Source: Octopus vulgaris (Eukaryota). Taken from it: DNA of 64,000 bases. Shown piece after piece: positions 27,193 to 40,259 of this stretch. Numbering within the stretch: position 1 is the stretch's first letter; each line of letters begins with the position of its first letter. Both the position numbers and the translations under genes were made by a program. Below the pieces are notes generated by a model, which saw only the letters and a list, made by a program, of their open reading frames with translations, ran no database searches and was not told where the DNA came from. The stretch covers positions 20,708,001 to 20,772,000 of the forward strand of contig OX597834.1 in the NCBI GenBank assembly GCA_951406725.2. Direction: 5' to 3'.

Positions 27193-27302
27193 CAGGCTTC
27201 TTTCAGTTTCCGTCTACTAAATCTACTCACAAGGCTTTGGTCAGCCCAAGGCCATAGTAGAAGACACTTGTCCTAGGTACCACACAGTGGGACTGAACCT
27301 GT
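26925..27302 (-). mobile_element. Family A SINE, inverted relative to its neighbour
   Basis: Reverse complement of the 26460-26830 region. Confidence 0.9.
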
Positions 27303-27384
27303 GGAATAAATGATAATCAGATGGGGTAATGTCTTATGAATATGGTAGGTGTCCCACAGACACACAAACATATACACATGCACA

Positions 27385-27420
<36 letters not shown>

Positions 27421-27423
<3 letters not shown>

Positions 27424-27721
27424 TTATATATAAAAGTGAAGTTGTGTGAGTGTCTGTCTCCTACGATTTAGATTCCTAACTACTCCCACATTTTGCAGTG
27501 CAGTTTAACCAAAAGTGGCTATCTTATAGTCGTGATTCATATCGAGCCTTTCTGGGTATTAGCGCACGTCTACAATGAGTCTACGATTTAAAAAAAAAAT
27601 TACCATCATTTTTTCCCATTTTTAATGCATTTTTTTTGCTATTATATAAGGGAAGTAACTCTCTAAAAATGCTTATATAGTTATTTCCCTTACTAACCCG
27701 AGCAACGCCGGGCGACACTGC

Positions 27722-27724
<3 letters not shown>
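27421..27724 (+). mobile_element. Non-autonomous Helitron
   Basis: 5' TCTTTATATATAAAA, subterminal hairpin cccgagcaacgccggg (27697-27712), 3' CTAC (CTRR-like), inserted between A and T, no TSD. Confidence 0.85.
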
Positions 27725-27776
<52 letters not shown>

Positions 27777-27777
27777 T

Positions 27778-28157
27778 ACGACGGGCTTCTTTCAGTTTCG
27801 GTCTACAAAATCCACTCACAAGGCTTTGTAGTAGAAGACACTTGCCCAAGGTGCCACACAGTGGGACTGAACCCAGTACCATGTGGTTCGTAATCAAGCT
27901 TCTTCCCACACAGCCACTCCTACGCCTATAAATGTAAAATATAAATATTTATGCGGGTGTGTGTTTTTGTGCCCCTACCATTGCTTGACAACCAATGTTG
28001 GTGTCTTTATGTCCCAGAAACTTAGCAGTTTGGCAAAAGAGACTGATAGAATAACTGCTAGGCTTACAAAGAATAAGTCTTGAGGTCGATTTGTTCAACT
28101 AAAGGCGGTGCTCCAGCATGGCTGCAGTCAAATGACTGAAATGTGTAAAAGAGTAAA
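27778..28157. mobile_element. Family A SINE halves in opposite orientations
   Basis: 5' half on minus (27778-27928), 3' half on plus (27955-28157). Confidence 0.8.
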
Positions 28158-28174
28158 ACACACACATACACATA

Positions 28175-28725
28175 AGACCTGTTGAGGCAAGTGAAAATCA
28201 AAATCGAAATTGAATTCGATCAACATCAATGGAAATTGTAGCTGTGATACCAGTGCCGGTGGCACTTAAGAGAACCATCCGAACGTGGCCGTTGCCAGCG
28301 CCGCCCCGACTGGCCTCCGTGCCAGTGACACGAAAAATCACCATCCGAATGTGGCTGATGCCAGCATTGCCTTGACTGGTTTCTGTGCCAGTGCTGATGA
28401 CCTGCTGTGCTTGAGGAGACCTATTGAGTCAAGTACATCAGCATCAAAATAAATATCTAATGGAAATTGTAGTTGTGATACCCGTGCTGGTGGCACGTAA
28501 AAAGCACCATCCGATCGTGGCCGTTTGCCAGCCTCATCTGGCACGCAAAAAGCACCCACTACACTCATGGAGTGGTTGGCGTTAGGAAGGGCATCCAGCC
28601 GTAGAAACTCTGCCAGATCAGACTGGGCCTGGTGCAGCCTTCTGGCTTCCCAGACCCCAGTTGAACTGTCCAACCCATGCCAGCATGGAAAGAGGATGCT
28701 AAACGATGATGATGAGGATGATGAT
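28175..28725 (+). mobile_element. Long family C element with internal subrepeats
   Basis: Repeated ggcacgtaaaaagcaccatccga(a/t)cgtggccgttgccagc modules and two atggaaattgtag..gtgatacc blocks, then the common 3' end. Confidence 0.85.
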
Positions 28726-29599
28726 ACACATACTGTTAACAACTCCCCACATTCTTTAATCTTCTTCTGAAGAAGGTTTACCAATTCTGTCATTGTTGTT
28801 GTTGTTGTTGTCATTATTCTTCATCATCTGCTGCTGCTGCTGTTACAGTTTTCATAGTTTCCTAGGTGTGATAATAACTCTACGTGTACACATCTGCGTG
28901 TGCACACATATATGCACATATGGGCATGTACACACTCACGCACACTCACGCATATATGCATGTGTCTCTGCATCTGTGTGTGTGCGTGCGTGCGTGTGTG
29001 TGTGCGTGCGTGCGTGTGTGTGTGTGTGTGTGTGTGCGCATGTGTGTGTGTGTGTGCGTGCGTGTGTGTGTGTGCATGTGTGTTTGTGTGCGTGCGTGTG
29101 TGTGCATGCGTGTGTGTGTGTGTGTGTGTGGCTTTGCAATGAACAAACGACAGAGACAGAGAGAGCAAGAGGCACAGAGAGAGAGTGAGAGAGAGAGAGA
29201 TGGCGAAGTGGGAGGGGGCGAGATGAAGGAACAACGAGAGGAAGGCGGGGGAGCAAGCGTAGGTTTCTCTTTTCTTTCACTTGTCTCCACAGCAGCAGCA
29301 GCAACAGCAGCAACAGCAGCAGCTTTTGTTACAGTCAGCTGTTACAGTATTGCTTTCTGTTAAATTATTGATTGCTAACTTGCATCTCTGACTAGTTGTG
29401 TTGTTGCTAATGCTGCTGCTGCTGATGCCCCTACTGCTGCTGCTGCTGATGCTGGGAATAGTGTTGTTGTTGGTGGTGATGGTGGTGGTGATGGTGATGC
29501 TGCTGTTTCTACGACTTTTCTTTTTGCTAATAGTGCCGCTTCTACTAAACTACAAGAATCAAATCGCCTATTTGTGGCTATGTGCGCTTTTAAAACCAT

Positions 29600-30600
29600 T
29601 GCGACCACCACCATCACCACCACCACCACAACCATTGTCATCATCATCATCCTCATCACCACTACCATCATCATCATCATTAAAACCACTTTTAGTATCA
29701 TCATCATCATCACCATTGTATTATCATTATCATCATCGACGTCATCATTATTATCATCGTCGTCATCATTGTCATCATCGTCTTCACAGCTGTCATCATT
29801 ATCCCCCATCATCTTTGTCATTAGTGTCATCATCATCATCATCATCATCACCGTCAGCACTACTACCACCATCAGCAACAGCAGCAGCATCATCATCATA
29901 ACCATCACCATCTTCTCTCCTTCACTGCCACCATCTTCGTCATCATCGTTGCAGTCGTCATTATCATCATTACCATTTATATCATCATCATCATCATCAT
30001 CATCATTATAACTGCCATCATCTTCTTCGCTGATGTGGTCATTGTCCTCAACCTCGTCGTCACTGCTGTCATCATCCTCATCACAGCTACTACTGCCATC
30101 ATCATCACCGTCATCATCATCATCATCATCATTTCCATCTTCACTGTTCTGTTTTCTTCATCACTGGTGTGATCATCATCATCATCATATGCATTATCAT
30201 ATCCTTCACTGCCATCATTATCACAGGCGTCACCATCATCGTTATCTTCACCGTCGTCATCATCATCATCATCAGCATCGTCATCATCTTCACCGTCATC
30301 GTCATCATCATATGCATTATCATATCCTTCACTGCCATCATTATCACAGGCATCATCATCATCATCGTCATCTTCACCATCATCATCATCATCATCAGCA
30401 TCGTCGTCATCATTATCGTCATCATGCAGACAGTGTTATTGTCATAGGGTTTGTTGTTGCTAATTTCTCCATTGCTGGTAAAGTGTCTCTTGTTAGTTTA
30501 ATTAAGTGTTTTCCTTTCTGCAAAATAAAAGGAAGCTATAATCACCACCACCACCATCATCATCATCATCATTACCATTACCATTATTGTTACTGTTGTT
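29600..30600. repeat. Degenerate (CAT)n tract with a 123-bp tandem duplication
   Basis: tatgcattatcatatccttcactgcc at 30188 and 30311. Confidence 0.9.
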
Positions 30601-31043
30601 GTTAGTGTTGTTAGTAGTGGTGGTAACTGCAGTGGGAGTTGTTGTGTTAGTACAGAGGGTAATAAAACAATTAGAAACCACTGGATAAAATGCTTTGCAG
30701 TATTTTTTTGTTTTTTCATCTTTGGTTCTGTACATTCTGAGTTCGAATCCTTCCAAGGCTCATGCTGCACTTGATCCTTCCAGGGTCAAGTACTGGCATA
30801 AATGTATTCAGCTCTTTCTGCCCCTTGAGGAGAGTCAGTAGAGCTCCAGACAAAACGTCTTGTGGTACGTGCTTCAGATCTTCACATTCTGAGTTCAAAT
30901 TCCACCAAACTCAATGTTGCATTTCATCCTTTTGAGGGTTGATGAAATAAGCAGCATAGGGGTCAATATAATTGACTAGACCCTCTCCCTAAAATTGCTG
31001 GCCTTGTGCCAAAACTATAAAAAATTGTTGTTGTTATTATTAC

Positions 31044-31372
<329 letters not shown>

Positions 31373-31376
31373 ATTA

Positions 31377-31461
<85 letters not shown>

Positions 31462-31921
31462 CATTATTATTATTATTGTTGAGTGAGAGAGCAGCACATA
31501 CCATCAAAGTGACACTGGGGTACAAATACATGAAGCCCAATATGCCCATGATGAGTACCCGTCTGATAAAGATTTGAACACAGAACACAGAGAGTTTGAA
31601 TAAATACCCCCAAAATATTTTGTCTTACAAACTAATAATTCTGCTAGTCTAAGCCCCAGACTTGTATTTCATTTTATTGATCGTAAAATGATAAAAAGGT
31701 AAGTCAACCTCACCGGGATTTGAACCCAGAATGCAAAGATCTGAAACAAACAAATACCACAAAACACTTTGTCCAACACTCTCACTCCATCACCTTTACT
31801 GCCATTTCATTTTATCGCCCTCGAAAAAATATATAACAAAGTTGAGCTCAGCAAGATTTGAACTTGTGAAGAGCTCCAGCTTATAAATACTTCAGTTCTA
31901 TATTTAAGAGATGAGGAATTA

Positions 31922-32086
31922 TATACATTATTTACATTTGATGGATATTTGTCCTCATCTTGTTTGTTGCTATCACATTTCGGCTGATACACCCTCCAGC
32001 CTTCATCAGGTGTCTTGGGGGAAATTTCAAACCTGGGTTCTAATTCTTAAGGTATTTTTCGATGTTATTATTATTATTATTTTTAC

Positions 32087-32126
<40 letters not shown>

Positions 32127-32578
32127 TTTTTTTTTCTTCTTTCAAATTTGCTTCCATTTCTTGCCGAGTGTCTTCCCGACTCCTAGGGCAAAGAAACTCA
32201 TAGTATACATTGGTAGGCCATTAAACCAAACTCAGTAGTTTGTTCATTTTTTTTTTTTTTTTTAAGTTAAATTAAAATACATGAGCAGCAACAGTTCTCA
32301 CATCGACAATGCTCTTCTCAATACATGTGATGTACCAGTTAAGACAATCTTTTGCACTTCTTGCAGGGATGGTAAGCCAGGGATCATTCTCATATAATTT
32401 TCGGTTCCCTTCTTGATCATTCCTAGTGCTCCTACGATCACTGGTATTGTAACCGCCTTGAGATGCCACATTTTCTCAATTTCAATGAGTAGGTCTTTAT
32501 ATTTTCTGAGCTTGTCAAACTCTTTCGCCGAGATATTATGATCATGTCGATCAATAAGCAAACTTTATTGTTTTGGTC

Positions 32579-32640
<62 letters not shown>

Positions 32641-32680
32641 TCACTGCCTGGAATCAAACTCGGAATCTTGGGGTTAGTAA
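31922..32680 (-). mobile_element. tRNA-headed SINE-like element with internal (AAT)n and a Penelope/hammerhead-like 3' end (split by a LINE)
   Basis: Head 32635-32680 with B-box-like gagtttgattcc; tail 31922-32065 with CTGATGA-A-GGCTG-gagggtgtat-CAGCC-GAAA (31978-32009). Confidence 0.6.
32125..32578 (-). mobile_element. 5'-truncated R4/Dong-clade non-LTR retrotransposon (REL endonuclease C-terminus)
   Basis: DQNNKVCLLID..DHNISAKEFDKLRKYKDLLIEIEKMWHLKAVTIPVIVGALG is the KxxKY restriction-like endonuclease motif; 3' UTR, poly(A), (TAA)n both sides. Confidence 0.88.
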
Positions 32681-32699
32681 CAAATCTGCCAATCCATCA

Positions 32700-34060
32700 C
32701 CCAGCCTATTATTTGTTTTATTGATCCTAAAAGGATAAATGATGGATTTGGTGTCAGTGGGATTTGAATTCAAAGTGTAAAGAGCTGCAGCTAACAAATA
32801 CTGCAATCCATTTTTTCCTGCATTTTAACAATTCTGCCATTCCATCATTCCAACTGATGTTATGTTTCATTGACCCCAAAACAATAAAAGACAATGATGA
32901 CCCCAGTGGGATTTGAACTTAAAACAGACAGAGCTCTAACAAACAAATACCATGAAATATTTTGTCCTATGCTCTAACACATCTGCCAACCCACCTTCTG
33001 GTTGGTATTTTGCTTTTATCAACCCCAAAATGATGAAAGACAAAATTAACTTCTCCAAGATTTGAACTTGTAGTGGGGATTCAAAAACCAAATCTTCAGA
33101 TATGTGGTCAGACATCACGATCAAACCACAATGGTTTCCTGTGATCAGCCAATTAAACAACCAATCGACATCAAGCAATCGTATGATTCTGTCTTCTAGA
33201 ATCTGCTTCTTGTGTCCTATACAAAACCACTTTTGGCAGTAAATGCAGAATGTTGAGGCAGCTGAGTGAGATGTGTTTCCATTCATGCCACTCCAGATGG
33301 CCCACATAGATGGCTCAAACAGATTACCAAAACTTGCCCTCGCCATGAACATAGCAAAATTGTTTCCATTTATGTTGTGTAAGCTGCAGGTTGCCATATC
33401 AACAGCTTGTTGTAAATTCCAACAAGTATTTCTCTCATAGTATGTAATTATTGCTGTTGTTATCTGAAAGGATGAAAGGCAAATTTGGTCTTGGCAGAAT
33501 TTGACCCAGGTACATAAAGACAGACAAAATGTTATGAAGCATTTTGCCTGGCATGTTAACGATTCTGCTAACGATTCTGCCAGCTTAACATGAAAATTAA
33601 TATTAATTTCAAATTTTGGCAGAAGGCTAGAAATTTTGGGAGAAGAGGCAAGACAGTTAAAAGAACCCCAGTGTTTAACCAGCACCTATTTGATTGATCC
33701 CTTACATGGATAAAAGGCAAAGTCAACCTTGATGGAATTTGAGCTCAAGGCATAAAATTGTACGAAATGCTGCTAAGCGTTTTGCCTGGTATACTAACAA
33801 CCTTACCTGCTTAACACCTTTACACCAAATTCAATAATGGTTTCAAATTTTGGCACAGGGCCAGCAATTTTTTGTATGGTGGGGTTAAGTCAAATACATC
33901 GACCCCAGTGTTCAGCTGGTACTTATTGACTCTTGAAAGAGATGAAAGGCAGAGTCAACTTTGGTGGAATTTAAGCTCAGAACATAAAGACAGGTGAAAT
34001 ACTGCCAAGCATTTTGCCCTACGAGTTAACCATTCTACCAGCTCCCAGCATTAACACTAA
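32700..34060 (-). mobile_element. Cluster of about five old family B SINEs
   Basis: Repeated gatgaaaggcaaagtcaacc/ggatttgaact motifs, all same strand, around a unique 33075-33463 insert. Confidence 0.75.
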
Positions 34061-34135
34061 AATTAATATTGCAAGGCATTTTTTCTGGCAATTTAAAAAC
34101 TCCCTGTAATTAACACCTTATTTTCCTTCATGCTT

Positions 34136-35345
34136 TTAACCCTTTAGTAACTAAAACAGCCATACACAACCCTAATGTTTTACCTGTTTTGTGCGATGGC
34201 TTTAGGCAAGCAGTGTCAGTTCTTACAATTCTGTAAATAATATTAATAATATTTTATAAATTTAAATCTTATAAGTAATCACCGTATAATGACTAAAAAA
34301 AGTAGTCTAATATATACCTCAATGTTAGACTATTTTCTTTCATCATTACACAGTGATTGTTTGTAAGTTTTAAGATTATAAAATATTATTATCTATTATC
34401 TAATATTATTATCTAATATATTATTATCTAATATATTATTATCTAATATTATTATCTTATTATTATCTAATATATTATTATCTTATTATTATCTAATATA
34501 TTATTATAAAATATTATTATCTATCTCGACGTAAAGTGTACTAGCCATCTGAATGTGGCTAGCCACTGGGGGTGGGTGTTACTGAAGCTTATAGCCCCAG
34601 GAGATCATCATCTCCAGCTGGCTTTAGACACACTTTCTGTGCCCTTCTGATATTCGCAAAGGGAGGTCATTCCCTCTCGAAAACCTAAGTGATACATACG
34701 GACTATAGTCTCGAGGTATTTGCCTCTCGTCAACGTACGGTAATCACCGATTTTCGATTGGAGTGACCTGTTGGCGAATATCTATTTAATGTTTTTCCCA
34801 GCTACCACTGTCACTGATTTACGTTGTTGAGCGGTTACTGTTTACATCTCGTTCGGAGATTTATTAATATTATCTACATGTTTTATGTTTAAACTGACCA
34901 TATCCAGCCTCTCACACCTACCCTACACTGTCATCCTAGAAATTAACAGTTACTTTATTAAAATCTCCAAGCTTTGAGATAAATTCTTAGATCCTTAAAA
35001 AGGTTTCAGCCCAAAGGCCGTGGCCATGCTGGAGCACCACCGCTGATAATGTGAGATTAATTCAAAACATCTGAATAAATAAGCATTACATTGGAGAAAG
35101 AAATTTGAATGTTTAAAGGTTGACCCATAACATTTTACGGGCCATATGTAGCCTGACTATTCTGTTTGTTTTATGATCAAACTGACCACATCTGGCCTTT
35201 TTCACCTAACCTACAATGTCATTCTAAAAATTAGCGGTTGCCACATCAAAATCTCAAATCTTCAAGAAAGTGCAAAATTAATTCCAAACATGTGAATATA
35301 TAAACGTTACCATTTTACAGAATAATGTGCACACTAAAGGGTTAA
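34136..35345. mobile_element. Tandem piggyBac-type MITEs with nested inserts
   Basis: TTAA-CCCTTTAG at 34136, CTAAAGGG-TTAA at 35345, shared junction aaaggttgaccc near 35120; body aaactgacca(t/c)atc..gcc..cacct repeated at ~34890 and ~35180. Confidence 0.65.
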
Positions 35346-36492
35346 CCAAAGAAAAAGATGAATGGCCCCACCTTCATTCTCCGATCTGGTTTTGGGATTG
35401 CTGTTGCCAAGTTGCCAACGCTAGGAATGAATAAAATAGATTTTAATTTAAATCTTGATACTGGTCGTTAGAGGAGAATAATGCAGGTAGTTTAACGATA
35501 AGCTCACAATGTAATATTGTAGCCAGCCTTGTTCACTTTCCTTGTCACGTGCCAAATTTATCTTTCAAATCCCTTTCTTAAACTATTTGAAAAGAAGAAA
35601 AAAAAAACGGCGTAGCATGAATGTCACAACTTTGCATTATTCAATGGCAGGGAAATGAATCCAAGCTTAGATGTCAACTACCTACGCTCACCCTTCTCCT
35701 TCAGTTGTGTTGCAATGAGAATTATAGATGTGTATGTGTGAGAGAGATTGAGAGAGAGAGAGAGAGATTATATGCAAGTATATGTGTACGTGTGTGTGTG
35801 CATTTGTAATGTGGTTTGTATGTGTGTGTCTGTGTGTGCAAGTGGGAGGAAGAGAGAAACTATTTAAGAGTAAGTATGCTTGTACCTGTATGTCTGTGTA
35901 TATGTATGCAGTTTGTGTGTGTGTGTCTGTGTGTGTGTGTGTCTGTGTATCTGTGTGTGTGTGTGTGTTTCTGTGTGCCTATTTATATGTAGTTTGTATG
36001 TGTATCTGTGTGCGTGTTTCTGCGTGCCTCTTTATATGTAGTTTGTATGTGTATCTGTGTGTGTGTGTGTGTGTCTGTGTGTGTGTTTCTGTGTGCCTAT
36101 TTATTTGTAGTTTGTATGTGTATCAGTGTGTGTGTGTGTGTGGAGGAGAGAAAGCTTTGTTAGTGTGTGTACATGTCTGTAAGTCTGTATCTGTGTACAT
36201 ATATATGCTTTGTGTGAGTGTGTGTGTGTGTGAGAGAGATTATGTGAAAAGGAATGTGTGTGTCTATGTGTTCATGTATGTGTATGAGATTTGTGAGTGA
36301 GAGAGACAGAGGGAGACTCTGACACTATGTGAGACTGTGTATATGTGTGTATCTATGTGTATTAATATATATATATGTATATATATATATATATGTGTAT
36401 ATATATATATATGTGTATATATATATATGTGTATATATATATGTATATAAATATATATGTATATATATATATGTATATAAATATATATATAT

Positions 36493-36523
<31 letters not shown>

Positions 36524-38400
36524 TTTATATATAGATGTGTGTGGTTTGTGTGTGTATACGTGTGCAATAGAGACTGTGAGAGTAAGTGTATACATGTGTG
36601 TATACCTATGCATATGTATGCCACGTTTATTTGCGTGCCTATGTGCATGTGTGTGAGTGTGTGTGTGTAGGGATCGGTGTATACAAGAATAACAAATAGG
36701 TATTCTATTCACTTCTGACAAGCTAAATTCAATAACCTATTATGCTCACCTATCTATCATAATGCATTTATATCCGTTACAAACACGCACACACACACAC
36801 ACACACACACATTTGCACATATACAAATCTATGTGCATTTATGTGTGTGTTCATGTTTGTGATGCGTGTGTGTGTGTGTGTGTGTGTATGACCATGGATT
36901 TATGTATGTATTTACACAAAGAGTAAAACTCATTTAGAATTTTCAGTATTTATTCTTCACTATTGAAGCACACATACATACACAAACACATACATACACA
37001 CACACATATATACATACATATACATGAATACATACATACATAATACATAAAGGCATACATACATACATTCATACATACAAATACTCATGCACATAAATAC
37101 ATACATACATAGACATACATATACATACATACACATATACATACATATAACAAACAGACAAGCAGAGGTAAAGGTATATATATATATATATATATGTGTG
37201 TATATACATACATATCTACCTACCTATATACATACATACACACATACACTCATGCACATAAATATATACATACACATACATATACATACATACACATATA
37301 CATACATATAACAAACAGACAAGCAGAGGTAGAGGTACATATATATATGTATATACATACATATCTACCTACCTATATACATACATACATACATTCATAC
37401 ATACACACACATGCATACGTACATACATTCACATATACATACATATAACAGATAGAAAAGCAGAGGTCGAGGTACATACATATATACATACTTACATATA
37501 TACAGAAAAATAGACATACAAACATGCAGGTAGACAGACATACAGACAGAGGGATAGACACACATACAGACAGACAGGCAGGCAGACAGACACACATATG
37601 AACATACAGACAGGCAGACAGACATACAGAGGCAAGAAGAATGATAGAGATAGAACCGCATATATACATATATATAGACAGACAAACATACAGACAGGCT
37701 GGCTGGCAGACAGACAGAGAGACAAGGATTGATAGACATAGATGCAGACAAACACATAGACAGACAGGCAAGCAGATATACACACACACATACACACACA
37801 TAGACATACATACATACAGACATACATACATACATACATACACACATACATACATACATACGTACGTACATACATACATACATACATACATTTATACACA
37901 CATACAAACAGGAAGATAGTGACAGACAGACAGACAGATAGCTAGACATATATAAATATATATATGCAGGGAGACAGACAGACACAAACAGAAGTAGACA
38001 TATGTACATAGAAGCAGACACAGACGACGGCACAAAGGTAGACAGACAAGCAGTCATATATAGACAGACACACTGACACACATACACACATGCTGTCAGA
38101 GATGAATTTCAATTTAATAATTCGTCCACGAACCAATCAGGAAAAGAAAAGGTGGAAGAAAAAAAGATAATTGAATGAAGGAGATGCATTTTTAATTGTG
38201 CTTGCATCAAGTGCAGTTATTACTTGCAGGTATTTGCATGTACTAGCTTGCATCAGACTGCATCATCGAATTAAAAGTCGTGCATATACATAGAGAAAAC
38301 TTTTTAAAAATCCAGTTAGCAGACAATAGAATTTCCATATATACACATGTGTGCATATGCATAATGTATAGGTACTCATACACTCACACACATATATACA

Positions 38401-38434
<34 letters not shown>

Positions 38435-38509
38435 CATATATATGTGTGTGTATATATGTGTATATATACATACATATGTGTGTATGTATGTATGTATGTA
38501 TGTATGTAT

Positions 38510-38806
38510 GTTAAACCATTGGGAGTGAAGGACTCCTAGCCTTTGTTAGGGCATCCTTCTAGGAGAAGGTAACTCAGGTAACTGGGATAACTCCAATATA
38601 AAACCTGCGGCTCAGTGGTTACCGATGATGTTGACTTGCTCTTCTTTTCGGATTATGGCTGCTGTTGCTTAGTGAGTGGGATCGACTCAAGTGCACAGCC
38701 TTTCCGTCACTTTAAAAAAAAATCTTCTTGCACAGGCATTGCACGATAACAACATTGATTAAGCTTCGTGCAATGGCCATACTCGATAACGAGGGGGCAG
38801 CCACCA
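38510..38806 (+). mobile_element. Probable RTE-type LINE 5' UTR fragment
   Basis: tagggcatccttctaggagaaggtaactc and aaaaaatcttcttgcacaggc resemble RTE 5' ends (recognition from memory). Confidence 0.4.
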
Positions 38807-38908
38807 TGTATGTATATATACATAAATATATGTATGTATGTATATGTGTGTGTGTGTGTGTGTGTGTGCGTGTGTGTGTGCACATATATCTATCTGCCTA
38901 TCTATATA

Positions 38909-40201
38909 CAGTGTGTGATGGATAAATTGTCAGCATTTTATATTTTTTATTTCACGCATGCACATTGTCTTTGATGTTGTTGACTACACTGTATAGTAGG
39001 GTCAATTGGGCACTGTCTATGAGAAAAACAACACCATGACATTCATTCAGCCAGAATTTTCAAAACAATATGTACTGCTTGGCATTTATACTAGAAGCTC
39101 CTTTCAGGGTGTTTGGGTGTCAATCTGAGGGTAGTGCAGAGGATTCAGAAAGAGTTGGATGAGTCTAATGGTGATTACAAAGGTATGGCCACTCGGAAAA
39201 CGCATTGTGATCGTTCTGATAAGTAAAGGACTCCTGAATTTGTTGGTGAGATCCAGGCCATGATTGACAACAATACTGCCAAGTGAATCAGATACATTGC
39301 CAGGGACATGGGAGTGTCTGAGTTTCTTATTAGCCAGGAAGTGCAGGAAGACATTCAGTATTCCTCATATAAGATGAGAAAGGGTCAATTTTTATCCCAA
39401 ACCATTGAGGACAAGAGGAAAGATAGTACTATGAAGAATCTGAACAAACTCAAGCTTCCCCTCCAACTGACCATGCTTTGGTCTTTCTCGGATGAGAAAA
39501 ATTTCTGCCAGGATCAGATGGCAAACACACAGAACAACCATTGGCTGGCCATGTCCCCCAAAACTCAGACTGACATCTGTAAAAATCAAACATCTAGTCA
39601 ACATCATGGTGTTTGGAGTGATTACTAGTGATGGCAACGTTATGGCTCCATTCATCTTCCCACATGGCCTCACACTCAACAAAGAGGCCTAAATCAAATG
39701 CCTGGAGGAAGTAGTGCTGCTCTTGGGGAAGTAGGTGGCTGCTGGAAGACCCTATGTCTGGCAACAGGACTTTGCACCATTGCTACATAAGCAAGGGTAC
39801 CCAGTCATAGCTGCCAGACAATTTATGCGACCATATCACCCCTAACATCTGAGCACCTAACTCCCCAGATTGCAACCCCCTTGATTATTATGTGTGGGGT
39901 GCAGTTGAGAGAGAGATCAACAAAACTCCTTGTAAGACTAAAGATGAACTGAAGGCAAGGATTATGGCAGCATTCACCAACTTAAACGAGGAAACAATCC
40001 AGAAGATCTGCAGGAGATTCCAAAGTCGTCTGGGGGGGGGGGTACATGGTTGAAGTCAAAAGCGATTTTATTGAATAAATTTACTCTTTAGCATTTCAAG
40101 ATATTTTAATGTAATTTTGGTAAATATATCTGTTAAAATGAGATGTCAATGTTATTTTCATTTTTGCGTAATTTAAATGACAATTTATTCACTGCACAAT
40201 G
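38909..40201 (+). mobile_element. Full-length inactive maT-type (DD37D) Tc1/mariner transposon
   Basis: Imperfect TIRs cagtgtgtgatggataaattgtca / tgacaatttattcactgcacaatg; motifs WSFSDEKNF, IMVFGVITSDG, YVWQQD and NSPDCNPLDYYVWG; 37 codons between D2 and D3 after one frameshift; multiple stops. Confidence 0.92.
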
Positions 40202-40213
40202 TGTGTGTGTACA

Positions 40214-40259
<46 letters not shown>

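Noticed and set aside
29375-30605. His-, Ser- or Met-rich ORFs on both strands
   Set aside because: Degenerate CAT/GCT repeats; the short unique part (IATNRRFDSCSLVEAALL) has no recognisable homology or exon boundaries
32936-33685. 249-aa ORF as a gene
   Set aside because: Both ends are family B SINE sequence; only the central insert is kept as a low-confidence finding
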